64,000 nucleotides of DNA from Syncephalis fuscata S228 (lineage: Eukaryota > Fungi > Zoopagomycota), in assembly GCA_025786725.1 (NCBI GenBank), contig JAHLTZ010000036.1:124001-188000 (forward strand), written 5' to 3'. Shown here one piece after another: positions 1-13,661 of this stretch. The translations under genes were made by a program, and so were the position numbers. How positions within the stretch are numbered: the first letter of the stretch is position 1; every line of letters begins with the position of its first letter. The notes below the pieces were generated by a model. It saw only the letters and a program-made list of their open reading frames with translations, did not search any database and was not told the DNA's origin.

Positions 1-820
1 GTATGGCCGGAGGAGTACGTGTACAATCAAGTACAGTCGATTCAACACCCACTTCACACGAACCAGCATCGAGAATAAGCGGAATACGACCATGTAAATC
101 ATCAAATACATGACTAGCCCGTGTTGGTGAAGGTCGGCCTGATGTATTGGCCGACGGTGCAGCCAGCGGTAGATTGGCATGGGCAATCATCGCTCTAGCC
201 ATAGGATGAGCGGGAAAACGAATACCCACTGTTGAACGACCGCAAGTAACCGATAATGGTAGATTAGGATGTCGTGGTAACAGCAATGTTAAAGGACCGG
301 GCCAGCCTTGTCGTATAATCCGACGAACAGAGACTGGCAATTCTAACCGATTAAATATTTCTTCAATCTGTCGATCATTTAATGTATCGATTGATTCGAG
401 GGGTTTTGTTGAATCTACTGCTATAGTTGTATCAATAGGATCTGACTCCTTGTTAGAATAAAGAGTAGACCATGGTGCTACTACGCGCTCAAGCATTTCT
501 ATTGACGAGATATGTACAATAAGTGGATTATCACTAGGACGACCTTTAGCATCAAATATACGTTTTACAGCGGTAGCATCAAGTGCATTTGCCGCCAATC
601 CATATACCGTCTCTGTAGGCATACCAACCGGTAGACCGAAATGTAATGCTTCAGAAGATGCAATTAGCGCTTGTTGTGTAGCTGTATCCGTACATGAAAA
701 GGTATCATTGGCCGGTAGATTATATTCAAACGATATTTTATCAGGTGCCGTTGATAGCACACGTGTATTTAATGTAGCATCAACTGCCATTTGAATAGCA
801 GGCGGTAATGAAGATGACAT
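1..820 (-). CDS. SUA5: Threonylcarbamoyl-AMP synthase Sua5 (5' part; runs off the window start)
   Basis: Manual translation from ATG at 820 gives MPTETVYGLAANALD..AVKRIFDAKGRPSDNPLIVHISS...WPGPLTLLL...VGIRFPAHP...PLAAPSANTSGRPSPT...GVESTVLD, the canonical Sua5/YrdC motifs. Confidence 0.95.
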   Translation of the reverse strand, partial: MSSSLPPAIQMAVDATLNTRVLSTAPDKISFEYNLPANDTFSCTDTATQQALIASSEALHFGLPVGMPTETVYGLAANALDATAVKRIFDAKGRPSDNPLIVHISSIEMLERVVAPWSTLYSNKESDPIDTTIAVDSTKPLESIDTLNDRQIEEIFNRLELPVSVRRIIRQGWPGPLTLLLPRHPNLPLSVTCGRSTVGIRFPAHPMARAMIAHANLPLAAPSANTSGRPSPTRASHVFDDLHGRIPLILDAGSCEVGVESTVLDCTRTPPAI

Positions 821-2049
821 TACACTGGATTTTACTGGTTCACAACTAACCATTACGTTACTATAAAAGCGGTAATTGTGCTTAAATAGAGGCGGTAATA
901 ATAATGGCTGTAATGAACGATAAATACAACTACTACCTAGTCTATTAAATGTACTACGGCGATAATAGTGACTTAAATAGGTATTTTGTATAGTAGCAAG
1001 TGTCGTGCCACTACTTGTTGTTCTTATCTGCACGGCTATGGGCAAAGTAGCTAGACGGACAATAGTAGTCTGTAAAAGGAGAGATGTCTTTCTAGTCCCT
1101 ATATAATATTGACTAGAAGCAGTACTATTTGGAGCGTATAATGAACGACAACGAATAGAACACCGCAGCATTCAGTAATACTAATCCTGTAATAATAGTA
1201 TTAATATTATTAAAGGTGTCTACTATTTGGTTTTAAACAAAAAAAAAGAAAAGAAAACCGATGAAACTTCAAATTTTCATTATTCTTTCTTTAATGCAGT
1301 CATTTTAACCAATGGCTTTGTTATTAATGTAGCTTTATATTATTTAATGTTTGTTGAAATGTATTCACTATTAACAGTGTAGGTACTCCTTTTTATTTCC
1401 ACTGATTCCTTTTATTCTATTTATGTGTGTAAATATGCTCACCTTCACCCATTATATCCTACAACATGTATGCCAGACTGAGTGGCGGTGTTTTATTGAC
1501 GCAGGGGGAGTCACATCAGTATAGTATATAGATCTATAGATCTTATTCTCTGTCTATCTGCTTATCTCTCACGCCCACCACATCATCACTCTCCACTTAG
1601 TGTGATGATCCAATCAAAGGGATGGTTTCACACGCGTCTCATACTCATGTCCGCTTCTCTTTAAAAGCAGCGAACAAGTAAGCATGAAGCTTTAGTTCTT
1701 TAAACCGCTACCACTTTCTTGTATCCCAGCACGAGTATATTTTGTTGGTATTGCAACAGCTGCAGTCATTGTGTTATCTTTGCGTTAACTGCTATCTTTT
1801 CTGTTATCTCTTTCTCTCTTTCTCTCTTTCTCGCTTTCACCAACTATCTATTGTGTTGACGTCGGTGGTTATTGTTGTTGGTCTCGACTGTTTTTATTAT
1901 AATCGTTAGATCGTTTAACTTTGTTGTTTTGACCAGTTTATTCAACTGCTCTATCGTCTCTTATTTGTGATTTGTAGATTGTGTCTTTAACGATCGATTA
2001 TATTTATCGTACTTAAATTACAACGCCTATTGCTATCACGACTATCAAT

Positions 2050-2975
2050 ATGCTTTCCAGGAACAAGCCGTACAATCTCAGACGACGACTGCCGAGTCAT
2101 CTCAGCCAGCGCGTATTGCCTTTATTGGTGGTGGCAATATGGCCGAGGCTATTATAGCCGGTCTTTTGCATACAGGCCATCCTATCGATAGACTTAACGT
2201 GTCTGAGCCTATGGCTGCTCGACGTGATTATTTAATTCAGCGCTATCCTGCACTCGCTCCACGTATCACTGATGATAACTCGAAAGCGGCCAATGATGCC
2301 AATGTAGTGGTATTGGCCGTTAAGCCATCGGTTGTGCCCATTGTACTTGATGGTCTACGTGAACAGCTATTTGCTACTGGTGCAGTTATTCTTTCGATTG
2401 CTGCTGGTGTCCGTCTTTCTGATATGACTCGCTGGCTTACGGAAACGGCTAGCCACGATGATTTAAAGTCATGGCAGCCACCTATTGTTCGTTGTATGCC
2501 CAACACGCCTGCTTTGGTGGGTCATGGTGCGGCTGGTGTTTATGCCAATCCTGCGGTATCACCGAAGCAACGGGCTAGTGTAGCCAATGTATTGGATGCT
2601 GTTTCAGAGACTGTCTGCTGGGTAGACACTGAAAGCCAGATTGATGCCGTCACGGCAGTAAGCGGTAGTGGACCAGCCTACTTTTTCCTATTGCTTGAAG
2701 CGATGGTGGATGCTGGCGTCAAAGCTGGCCTCTCACCCGAAGTAGCAGCTCAGCTATCGGCACAAACGTGTCTAGGAGCAGCACATATGGCGATGAAAAC
2801 GACCGATACATTTGCCGAACTACGTGAAAAGGTGACCTCGCCCAACGGTACAACCTATGCGGCCATTACTCATATGGAACAAGGTGGTGTGCCAGAGTGT
2901 TTAAGAGCGGCCGTTCGTGCTGCAGCATTGCGATCTGCAGAATTGGGCGAAGAACTCGGCCAAGCCAAGATCTAA
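2050..2975 (+). CDS. PRO3: Pyrroline-5-carboxylate reductase
   Basis: ORF 2139-2975 has RCMPNTP, DAVTAVSGSGPAYFF and VTSPNGTT. The Rossmann motif RIAFIGGGNMAE lies in frame upstream of 2139. The likely start ATG at 2050 is out of frame by one base (ATG[G]CT). Confidence 0.93.
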
Positions 2976-3267
2976 GTGCATGTATGTGTGTAGCTTGATC
3001 GAATCAATTCCCATTTAGATTTGAATTTAGTTAAAGCATAACAGTAGAATAAAGCTTGCCATTAGTAGATTTACATATTCAGCACAGTCTTTATTGTAAG
3101 CTGAATGATAGAATTGAATAAAGTATCATGCTATTTACTTTCTAAATAAAATTATACAATAATCTAGTTTAATTGATAATTAATATATGTAATAATGCTA
3201 ATGGCCATTATATTATATTGTTATGATTAATTACACATTTAATACGTTGTCAGCAATAATAGCTACT

Positions 3268-4886
3268 TTATTGCTTTACTTCGCTAGCTAATAACTGAAG
3301 CGCTTGACGCCAGTCACGCTTTTGATCCTCCAACGACTCTAGACCAACACTAGCACGAACAAGTCTAGGATCGCTGATGCCATCAGTGCCATAGCGCCAC
3401 TCTACAAGTGATTCGACACCACCTAATGAAGTAGCATTAGCCGAAAGTTGTAGACGATGCGGCAATAGTCTTGCATGTTCTTGAGTTTTTAGCTATTAAT
3501 AGTAGCGATAATGTTGGTTAAATACAATAAATTAAAACACTTAGTGTTATAGTACTTACTAGAATAGAGAATACGGGTGTATGGCCACCTGGATGTTGTT
3601 TCTTCACCCATTCTGGAGGATTATCGCCAAATTGCAGGCTAGAGTGACGGATTGAATGTACAACATCGGCCGGTATACCATCATGAGCAACACCGCCACT
3701 AGCATTATTCAACCATGCAACAAGATCAAAAGCAATCGACGACTGTTGACGTACACGAAGATCCAATGTTCTATTGCAATACGTGTAAATAATAGCATAT
3801 TATTACACTGAATTATAAGATAATTACCGAATACTGCGAAGAAGCAGCCAAGACTCCAATGAACCCATAGTATTACCAAGAACACCACGATCGGCATAGA
3901 GCTATATAGATGATGTAATTAAGTAGATAAGCAATAGTAAACAAAGGCTTTAAAGTAACTCACTTGGTCGGCTACTTTTTTATCCTTTGTAATAAGTACA
4001 CCCGATAGAAGATCAGAATGTCCACCGAAATACTTGGTGGCCGAGTGCATAATCAAGTCAGCACCTACGATTAAACATTAATATTAATACTGATCTATCA
4101 AGTATAAATATATCTACTTACCATGATCAAATGGATACTGTAGTGGTGGTGGTGCAAAAGTGGCATCAATTACCAGTTTGCCACCAACACGGTGAATCTT
4201 ATCGGCATAATGGCGAATATCTATATAAATTACTCTGTTGTTAATCACTTACTATTGTTAACTTTCTACTTTACATACCATAAACCTCGCCAGTTGGATT
4301 AACTGGTGTCTCAAGCCATACCAAATCACCTTCTGCAAACTCGTCATCGATGTCAATCTTGGGCTAGAATAACTATTAGTAAGTATTGTACCTTTAAATT
4401 AAGTATTTAACCTTACCGTATCACGGAAGCGCTGTATAAGCCCTATTACTTTATGAGATCCAAAATAAGCTTCACGGATAGCAATACGCTTTGGCTGATA
4501 GTGGAACAAAGCGGCAAACACCGATGTAAACCTGAGCTATAAGTCACGGCGTAGTCTATGATTAAAGAAGTACAAGTCAGGTCATCTTTAATAATAATAA
4601 TAGACTTGTTTATGTTTATTACCGCCTTGATTGATCTTGGCTATGACGGCCTCGGCTCTATCGCGTACAGGTTGACTGTAGCGACTATAAATATGAGTAC
4701 CGGGTGGTAGTTCACTATCCTGTAGCTCGGCACTGCCCTCGGGACGTATAACGTTGTCGTCAAACTAAGCGCAGGAGAAACGTGTAAATCGGGCTGCAAG
4801 CCGGCAGCGGCACTATTTAGCGTATCGCCATGCAGAGCCAACGTTGAAATATCCAAATCCTCGGGATTTAATGCGCGGTGAGCCAT
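3268..4886 (-). CDS. Cys/Met-metabolism PLP-dependent enzyme (cystathionine gamma-lyase/synthase family), multi-exon
   Basis: Motifs [36 protein letters not shown]-lysine motif [28 protein letters not shown] and LVRASVGLE. Two 1-nt deletions (near 4751 and 4527) must be invoked. Confidence 0.9.
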
Positions 4887-5449
4887 TGTAGCGTCAAGTA
4901 CTTAGTTGGTTGGTCAAAAAAGGCCAGTATCGTATAGGCTATAATGGTGTGTGTGAACGTAACAATAAACAGTTAGAAGCAGTGGTGTTATGATAGCTAT
5001 TATCAACAGTAAACAGATAGATAGATGGGTATACGCAGAATTACACGTCATACTTTATAACATGGCAATACAGCTGGAATCGCCTTTCTTGGCTCATCCC
5101 ACGTCATTTAGAAGCCACGTCATTGGTTGGAAGTTGATCAATAAAGCAATTCCGACACCATTCGAATGATAGTTTAGTTGTACTAATACCATATACCATC
5201 TCGTGTGGATTATTTTGAATTAGTAAGCATTGGGGCAATGTTTGGTAGATTTTAATCAACGTTATATGGCCGATGATTGATCTTAGATGGCTGATGATTG
5301 ATGTTGTATAACCGATAATTGATGGTATTGTCAATGAATAAGGTATAGTTATAATAAAACTGTTTTTTAATTAATTTATATTTGTATTTACTAAATAAAT
5401 AAAAGTTGCGTCACGCAAGTAACCTTTTCTTACTGAATTCACCGATAAT

Positions 5450-8041
5450 ATGACTTCCTTAAGATTCGACGGCCTGCATCCTAGACAAGCTGACGATATT
5501 GCCGATGATGGCACTCCTATCTTTCATGAGTAGGTGACTGTTCAGCCTGCAGGTTGTAATAACTAATCGCGTATTGATGTAGTAAACCGTCCTTAGCAGA
5601 ACGACTAGGTACGCAAATTGCTCAGCTACGATCGTTTAATAGCACGACAGCAGTAGCACCCAGTGTCGTCAATTCAGGCTCCAATGATACTAGAGATACA
5701 AAAGATAGCTCAGTAAAAGATGAGGACACGGTAATGACTGAATCGACAGAAGAATCCAGTTTAGCGAATAAAGAAAAACAAGATAAGGCTGTAGATACAG
5801 AGATGGAACCTAAAGAGGCGGAGGATTGACAATGTCAACTGAGGAGGATGCCACCACAGCATCAACAGGAACCAGTGTGCCGTTAAATACATTTCGACGT
5901 GAATTAGCCGATTCTATCTTGTAAGGCATTTGAAACTGTATTGATTTAAACTTTTTGGTTATTTATTGGTGCATCTAGTCACGCAGAAGCAGAAATATTA
6001 GTGTTGTTAGATCTATTTAATGTGGTGCTTGGTGAATCGCATCAGGCACCATTGCCATTGCCGCCCAAAACACTTGGTGGTACGCGACTTGCTGCACAAA
6101 TACGTACAAAAGAAGAACGACGAGCAGATGAGATTTTACAATTTGGTATTAGAAAATTGGTAAGGTTTAATTCATAATATGTTATTAAAGTCAATTACTA
6201 ATGGTGTGCTGATTAGCAATTGAATAAAACGTCTGGATTGCTAAAGAATGGCATGGAACGGTTGACTGCAGTAGCAGATGGAGAGAAGCGTTTTTGGCGT
6301 GCCGTTTCTGAACTGCAGCGCGATCTATGGCCATTAACAGCCGGTCCAAGTATGGGCACTACACGAGCATTGCAAGTTGATTATGGTTATAGAGATGGTA
6401 AGTAGCTATATATTTGTTATGTAAATAAAACTAATGTTATACTAGTTGGTTCGTCGTCACAAGAACTAAGCAGAGCAGAATTATTACGCACCACAAGTCA
6501 GACACAAAACACAAAGCACAAAGAAAAGACTGGTATGCCTATCAACTTAATACTACCACATTCTACGCCATTTAATGTTGTGGTTGAGATATGGGAGAAG
6601 TCAAATGAATATAAGCAATTACGTGAACGTAGCTCTAATTCGACAACAGCTACAACGACTAATCGTAAGACAGTTGATAACAACGGTATCGTATAGTTGT
6701 TTCTAATATTTACTAGACGATGGCAATATACGATCCAGATTGGCTCAGGCGCGGGCTACACTATTTGATTCGGAACTATTCCAAGAGGTAATTGGTCAAA
6801 TAGAGTGATAGTTAGTGTAGAGTTTACCTTACAGTGTTATTATTTATACGAATATTAGATTGTTCGAGAGGCACGTATTGGAGGCCATGGAGAAACAATT
6901 ATGGAAGATCGAGTATCAGTGCCTATTAATGATCGACTTGAAGCAGTGATTATTTGGAAAATATATGACCATGGTGCTAAGGAGACATCACAGGTAGTGT
7001 TTATTAGTATATACATATATAAAGTTATTTATTATTGCTATTAGACTTCCGAGGTGGATGATGCAACTATGGCGGCCATGCTAGCTACTTTAATGCGGCT
7101 CTTGCTTCGGCGACGACATCATGTGCGAGTACAGCGTCAACAGACAATACAGCATACAATAAAACGTACACGCAACAACAATCCAGATCCGTAAGTGCTT
7201 TAATAATAGCCATTCATTTAGCCATTAATTAACTAGCCAATTGATATTTTAGATCAGATCAAGTATTACGGAATGCAGTTCGACCATTTAGACGTCTTGA
7301 ACAGGAGCGTACATTTAGAAAGACGCTTGATATAGTGTCACAAACATTCGCACGAGCCGGTATACCAATTCATGTTCGCTTTGAACATGCTCCGCTTGAC
7401 GAGAATAACAATGGTGATGAAGCACGATGGCTGACCATTACACTATTTGATTATGGGTAAGTTTGTGAATAAATTAGATTGGAAATGAGACTGATGTATT
7501 TGATTCAACTAGACCGACAGTTCGGTTTGTATTTCGTGATTTACGTTCTTTTGAACTACATGTTCGCGGTACAGTGGTTCCATTTTCAGATTTGGCTCAA
7601 TTCTCGCATGTATTGGCCGAGGAGTTGGCGCTGGGCTGTCTAGGCCATATTACACATTTATTATCCGATATGGGTTTTGATAAAGTACAGGCACAGCCTA
7701 TGGTCGGTGTAATTACCGCTTCTGTACGCTATGGCAAGTCAGATGAGGCAGAAGAGCCGCGATGCATGTAAGTTGCCACTCAACATAGCGAAGCTGTTCT
7801 AATGATTTAATCGATGCTTTAGACGTATTATACTTGATCGGCCGCAATGGTTAGAAAACGATCAACTACAACTAGCCTTTCGTTCAGAGTATATCTATAA
7901 AAAGCACACGACAGCAGGCGATATTATTCGATTGTCAAGTTCAAACAAAAAAAGGACATTAACACTACGCCAACCAATATAGCTACTTCATTCGATGCGC
8001 GTATACGCCAGCTTGTTAGAATACAATTGGCTGGTAGATAA
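5450..8041 (+). CDS. MED17: Mediator subunit 17 (Srb4) homologue, multi-exon
   Basis: Exons translate to EKRFWRAVSELQRDLWPL...LQVDYGYRDVGS and RLAQARATLFDSELFQEIVREAR, typical of fungal Med17. One apparent 1-nt deletion near 5827. Confidence 0.75.
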
Positions 8042-10012
8042 AAACTAATTATAATAAATAATAATAGTTTATTGTATATATAAAGTATTTATTTATTAGC
8101 TGTATGGAATTAGATTGTTATTTATGTATAAAGTGTAATCTATTATAATTTTCTATTTAATACTCTCCTTTATGAGTCTTTGTAAATTGGTGTTTAAAAA
8201 TAGTATTTACTCCTTTTGGATAGTCAATCGACTAGCCAAGTTCTTCAATGCCTATTCGGCATTTTCTGTATAAGCATCAGGAGAGGTGGCGCGGCTCATG
8301 CAGTAGGAGAAAGGAGAACCATCACCTATTCTGATATAACGATGCCCCGCGAAGCTAATTATTGCTGCGCTATCGATAGACGTAGCGTGTATATAAATGA
8401 GCATACTGAATTGCAATTCAAACAACAATTATCTACCGCATAATATCATCACATCATCCTTTATTTTCTGTCCCGAATCAACGGTGTTGTTGTTGTTGCT
8501 GTGGCTGTCACTTTAACTAGACATTGATTGCTCTAATTATAAAAAGTAGATTTAAAACTATTTGCAACGCACGACAATTAAATGCCTCAATTGTACGGCG
8601 AAATACGTTGACATTAATTGGATGCAGTACTTTGTGGAACGCTAATAAGCAGCTTTGCTAATTGTGTGTCTAATCCATTAAGCCGGCCTTGATTCATTAT
8701 ACAAAAAAACAGCAATATCTAACCGTTCTCATGTACAATCACCATGCTTGGTAAGTTGTTCGGCTCATGCGCTATACTTGCGCCTACAAGTGTAACCTAT
8801 GGGAGTGTTTAATCCGATAATTGGGCCTGCATGTCACGCGCGAGGCCGGCTGCAATGCTTGGTTTCTGACATCTTTGTTTTCCCGGTCTTTAGAAAATAA
8901 TTTCCCATCTACAATAGTCAGTCTTTTCAGCATCAAAACTGAGCAAGTCTTTCTGCAAGGCATAATAATATGCATAGTATTTACGCATGATTGTATGGGA
9001 AAATATTGCAGCGAATTATTCAGTTAATTTGATTTGTTCTTTTAATAGTTATTTTGTAAACAAGCTATAATGAATTATGGTTATTGGAATAGAAATAATG
9101 GTTTAGTAATTTAGCTTAGTTTAGTAAGAATTTAAAATGCTATTTCGTTTAGTGCTAAATAGTTTAATTGGAAATTGGCCCGTGCATCTAATAGGAGCTG
9201 ACGAATCATGTGGCGTAGAAAGTCTGGCCCAAACGCGTGATAGTGTTAGACAAGTATTTACAGTGCACACATGTAACTTTTACATTGCTTTGCATCAGTG
9301 AGTGTGTTTGATTTATTATTAGATTTTACACAATAGTCATAAGACTATACACTTGTCGGGTAAACAATTTAGTAAAACGATAGCCTGCATATTGATGCAT
9401 TTAGAATTGAAAATGTGCCTTGTGCGTGTGTGTATGCGTGTATGTACTGTCTGACTCGCCTTGAATAGTGTTGCAATGTTCTATCATAGCCTGCGAATTA
9501 CAGTAAAGCGAGAAAGAGAAGAGGAAAAGCAAGAGAATACTTTAGTGTGACATCAGCGATAGTGTGATATGGTGCATATTCGCAATGATCATATTGCAAT
9601 TTTGAGGCCATTTTATTGCAATGAACAGTTATGCTATTTTGTTGGTCTTAAATCCGACAATATTGTCATGTGCCACAACATTTCCCCGCTGTTTGTGTAA
9701 GCATTCTGAATTAGCCATTTCCGGCTTACAAGCAGCTATTATAAATTATTTATTTATTTAATGATGCTTAGCTGCTAATTCAAAATCAATACCGCTTTCA
9801 TTTTATGTCGATGTTACATATACCTACAGATCATTTACAATCCACTTAGCCTTACTAAACAGTTTATTTACTGAATCCCAATCAACTTAATTGTCTATCC
9901 ACTCGCACTTTATTGTACCTCCAACGTATATTACGTTTTCGCTCTATTAGATCCTTTACTTTACGCTTTCATTTATTAACTGCTGCAAATAGCCATTTAC
10001 AACAATACTGAA

Positions 10013-11828
10013 ATGCCTTTGATGGTCGTTAACAACACCATTGGCTGTTCGCCAACTACAACGCTTCTTTCGATAGCACAGCCGATTGTTCGCTCAGTTG
10101 TACATAAACTTGGCGATCTATCCTTTGTCGTTTTACTTTTAATTATCTACTGGCTATTTGGGGTAAGTTTACGACTCCATATTAAAATATGCTACTAACT
10201 TAAATACTAATTGCAGACAATTAAGCAACGGAATCTAACGACATTAAGATCCATTCCTGGTCCATATCTAGCACCGTTTACTCGATTGTTCTCCATTTTA
10301 AACATGCTTACTGGAACCCACTTTTATCGCTATTTGAGCTGGCATGAAGAATACGGCTCAATAGTACGTACTGGTAGGTTTTTTATTTTAAATCTACTTT
10401 ACCACTTTGTTCATTTTAATTTACTTAATGTACAGGTCCACGAAGTGTGAGTGTGTCAGATCCGGCTGCAATGCGGCAGATCTATGGTTCATACGCATTT
10501 CGTAAAAGCCGCATGTACGAAACATTCCAGCTGCTTGGCAATAACATTTTCGGCACTCGTGATGCAGAATTTCACAAAATACGAAAGCGCATGACAGCTC
10601 CAGCCTACAATCAGTCAACGCTCAATGGCATAGAAACGCTGATATGGCAATCTGGCGTGCAAGCACTTATGAATAAGCTTGAACGACTTTGTGATAAAGG
10701 ACAAACGGCCAATCTTTACAAGGAATTTATGTACATGACGTTTGATGTTACTGGAGAGACCATCTTTGGTCGTAGCTTCAATCTCATTGGAGAAGGCAAG
10801 CATCCAATTCTTTGTTGGATGGCCGACTTTTCTCGTATGAGTATGCTACGTGTTATGTTTCCCATACTGTATCGCATAAAAATTCCTTGGCTATTTGGCC
10901 ATCTTTACGAATCAGAAAAAAACCTATATGATTTTACTAAGAATGCTTTGGAGAAACGTAAACAAAATCCACATCCTCGCCAGGATGCATTGCAGCAGCT
11001 GGTCGAGGCGGCCGATGAGAAAACAGGTGCCAGCATGACCGATCCCGAGATTATCCCGGAAATGATTGTACAAATGTATGTACAGAATGCATTATTATTT
11101 ATTGTCTAACTTTGCTATAATAGGGTCGCCGGTACCGATACTACAAGTATTACTCTCTCTTGGTGTATCTATTTAATTCTACAGCATCCAGATGTGTATC
11201 GTCGACTTCGTCTTGAAGTGGATGCTGCGGTGCCTGATCGCCACCTACCAATACCTTATGCCAATGTTAAACAGCTACCTTATTTGGACGCTGTACTGCA
11301 CGAAACGCTACGTCTTTTCCCGCCAGTTGCCGATGGCTTACCTCGTCAAGTGCCTAAAGGTGGCGCGGATATTGCTGGATATCATCTGCCAGGAGGGGTG
11401 AGTTGGCATGCTACTGATATACATACACTAGTAATCTAACTGTTTGATTTTGTTAGACTACTGTTTTTTGCTCAGCCTATGCGCTTCATCGAGCATCCAC
11501 TCTGTGGGATGAACCTAACAGCTTCTTACCAGAGCGCTGGTTAGTCCCAAATGAACAGCTCATTGAGATGAAAAAAGCATTTGTCCCATTTTCTTTTGGC
11601 CCGCGGGCTTGTCTTGGCCGCAAGTAAGTCATTGACAAGTTACACTACCGTCTTACTAATCGTATTTAATATAGTCTGGCATGGATGGAATTGAAGCTGA
11701 CGATCAGTGCACTTATTCGTCGATTTGATATGAAGCACATAACAGGGGCGTGTATGGATCCTATTTACAAATTTATGCTGACACCTAAAGACCATCGTGT
11801 TGATGTCCGTCTTTATCCTCGAGCGTAA
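10013..11828 (+). CDS. Cytochrome P450, multi-exon
   Basis: N-terminal TM segment then IPGP; I-helix AGTDTT; ETLR (ExxR); PERW; heme motif FSFGPRACLGR. Confidence 0.95.
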
Positions 11829-12132
11829 AGACATATTATAACAACACATTATGCCATTACTCTTATTGCAAATTACTCTTTTATTACACAATTATGACTT
11901 TTTGGTGAATCCACCTATTTTACCTAACGATAGAACAAGTTACAGTGTAGCCAATATCAATGTTGCATTTGTAAATGTTAATTAACTAATAAATAAATGC
12001 TATAATGCTATTGCAAATTCAAATAAGAATGGAAACAAGTACAGTCACACAAACAATCCCACAATAAATCATAGACCAGCACCAATGGTCGAGGATGTAA
12101 AACAAGACACGTCCTATTGTGGAAAGCACTAA

Positions 12133-12546
12133 GCAGAATTCGGACCAAAGCCCGCGTTTATGGGGAAACATACGGATGGCCAGTGTTGTTCATTCAATAC
12201 TGTGTCATCGTTCATATCATCATTAGCGCCCATGGTTGAAGGTCTGAGAAAAGCCCATCTTCATTGAGGAAGATGTCACGCTCTCACTGGGCGATCTACG
12301 AAAATCATTGCAGCTGTCGTGTCCTCGTTGTGCACGGTAGCTACGACGATGTGTGGATGGCGGGTCACCAGCAAGCAGCGTCCTGTCTGTTTATCGGTCA
12401 GGATGATGAGAATGGGCTCGTCGGCGTTTAGTGCTATGCAGTGCGATACGCGAGGCGGTCGCCCTACTATTATTTACTGCTTTCGGGCAGTAGGTGGTAG
12501 TAGCGAACGTAACTCAATTCAGACTACTCTTGGTCCGGATTCTGTC
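12133..12546 (+). ncRNA. RPR1: Nuclear RNase P RNA
   Basis: P1 GCAGAATTCGGACCAA pairs with TTGGTCCGGATTCTGT. P2 AGCCCG pairs with TGGGCT. A P3 hairpin is present. CR-I GAAGGTCTGAG (about 12238-12248) pairs with CR-V CAATTCAGACTACTC (about 12515-12529) as P4. P19 is an 18-bp G-U-rich hairpin capped by TTCG (12464-12503). A T-run follows. Confidence 0.93.
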
Positions 12547-12547
12547 C

Positions 12548-12552
12548 TTTTT
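12548..12552 (+). terminator. Pol III-type oligo-T terminator of the RNase P RNA gene
   Basis: TTTTT immediately after the 3' strand of P1. Confidence 0.6.
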
Positions 12553-12715
12553 ATAAACATATTAATTAAAGTATATTTAGTCTTATTCCGAAATCTACTT
12601 GATTTTATTGTTTGCTATATATTCTTCTTATTACAATTATTGCCTTATTGATAATATTACTCTATGATTATATTTGACTTTATGTCATTCAATTTATAAC
12701 TTGTATATATCATAC

Positions 12716-13125
12716 TGTATATATTATTTCATTTATTAATTAAATAAATATAACCATTTTTGTATATTAAACAATTGTTAATTATTTAGTGTGATTTGGG
12801 TGCCAAATGACTATTTTTAATAACATTCGCGTATTTGAACTGCACATTTAATCTATTGAACATAAAGACAAGTGGTGAGTTTTATTTAATCATCACATCA
12901 TCACACTTATTGCTTTTTTGGTGGTCAAATGACTAACATCTAATAATATTAAATCTATTGAACATGATGATGGGTGGTGAGTGATATTAAATATTAAATA
13001 CTCATTATTGTATATTTACTGTCCAGTATGCATATATTCAGTACGTACATATCATCTATTCGCCTATATCATTCCTATTCTGTTCCACACTACTATATGT
13101 CATTATAGGACATTTTGAATACATT
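12716..13125 (+). repeat. Dispersed repeat family A, copy 1
   Basis: Aligns by eye with 44541-44950 (AATCTATTGAACATGATGATGGGTGGTGAGTGA, CCAGTATGCATATATTCAGTAC). Contains an internally duplicated CAAATGACTA..AATCTATTGAACAT..GTGGTGAGT subunit. Confidence 0.85.
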
Positions 13126-13170
13126 TTATTGTTATAAATTTCAATTGCATATAGTTTGCTAAATGAATGA

Positions 13171-13585
13171 GCGGAATTAGTCGACATTTATTAATAATAA
13201 AGCTAGAACAAAAACAAAACTAGTTTTGGATACAGGAAGACTAGGCGAGTATATAATAATATATAAAATAATAAATTTACAGTGAGAAAGCATATAAAAC
13301 AATGCTAAAGTTATAGAGTATATAACACAATGAGTGGCATGGGTGAAGGTGTTGGTGTATATAATGAATAGAATGTACCTAACATATCATAGAATGCTAT
13401 ATAGTAGTATAAATAAAACAATATATATGTGAATACTGGATATGCATACTGATAATAAATCTACAATAATGGGTAGTTTAAACTTTGTTATCATTCACCA
13501 TCCATTATCATGCTCAATAGAACAAGCGTTTAATCTAAATGTGTGAATAGTCAATATAGTCATTCGACCACCAACAAACAATATA
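13171..13585 (-). repeat. Dispersed repeat family A, copy 2 (inverted relative to copy 1)
   Basis: The reverse complement aligns with 44730-45132 (GGTGGTCGAATGACTA, TCTATTGAGCATGATAATGGATGGTGAATGA, CCAAAACTAGTTTT, TATTAATAAATGTC). Confidence 0.8.
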
Positions 13586-13661
13586 ATTAATTATATAAAT
13601 CTATTATATTTATTATGCTATTGCAATATTTGCCTTTTTTATTGTTATAAACTCGCCACTT

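Noticed and set aside
4520-4760. Programmed frameshifting or pseudogenisation of the PLP lyase (and of MED17, the FAB1-like gene and POP)
   Set aside because: There are no slippery-site or structure signals, and the same 1-nt deletion pattern occurs across many conserved genes, indicating consensus errors.
12319-12651. 110-aa ORF
   Set aside because: GTG start; it overlaps the RNase P RNA and AT-rich flank.
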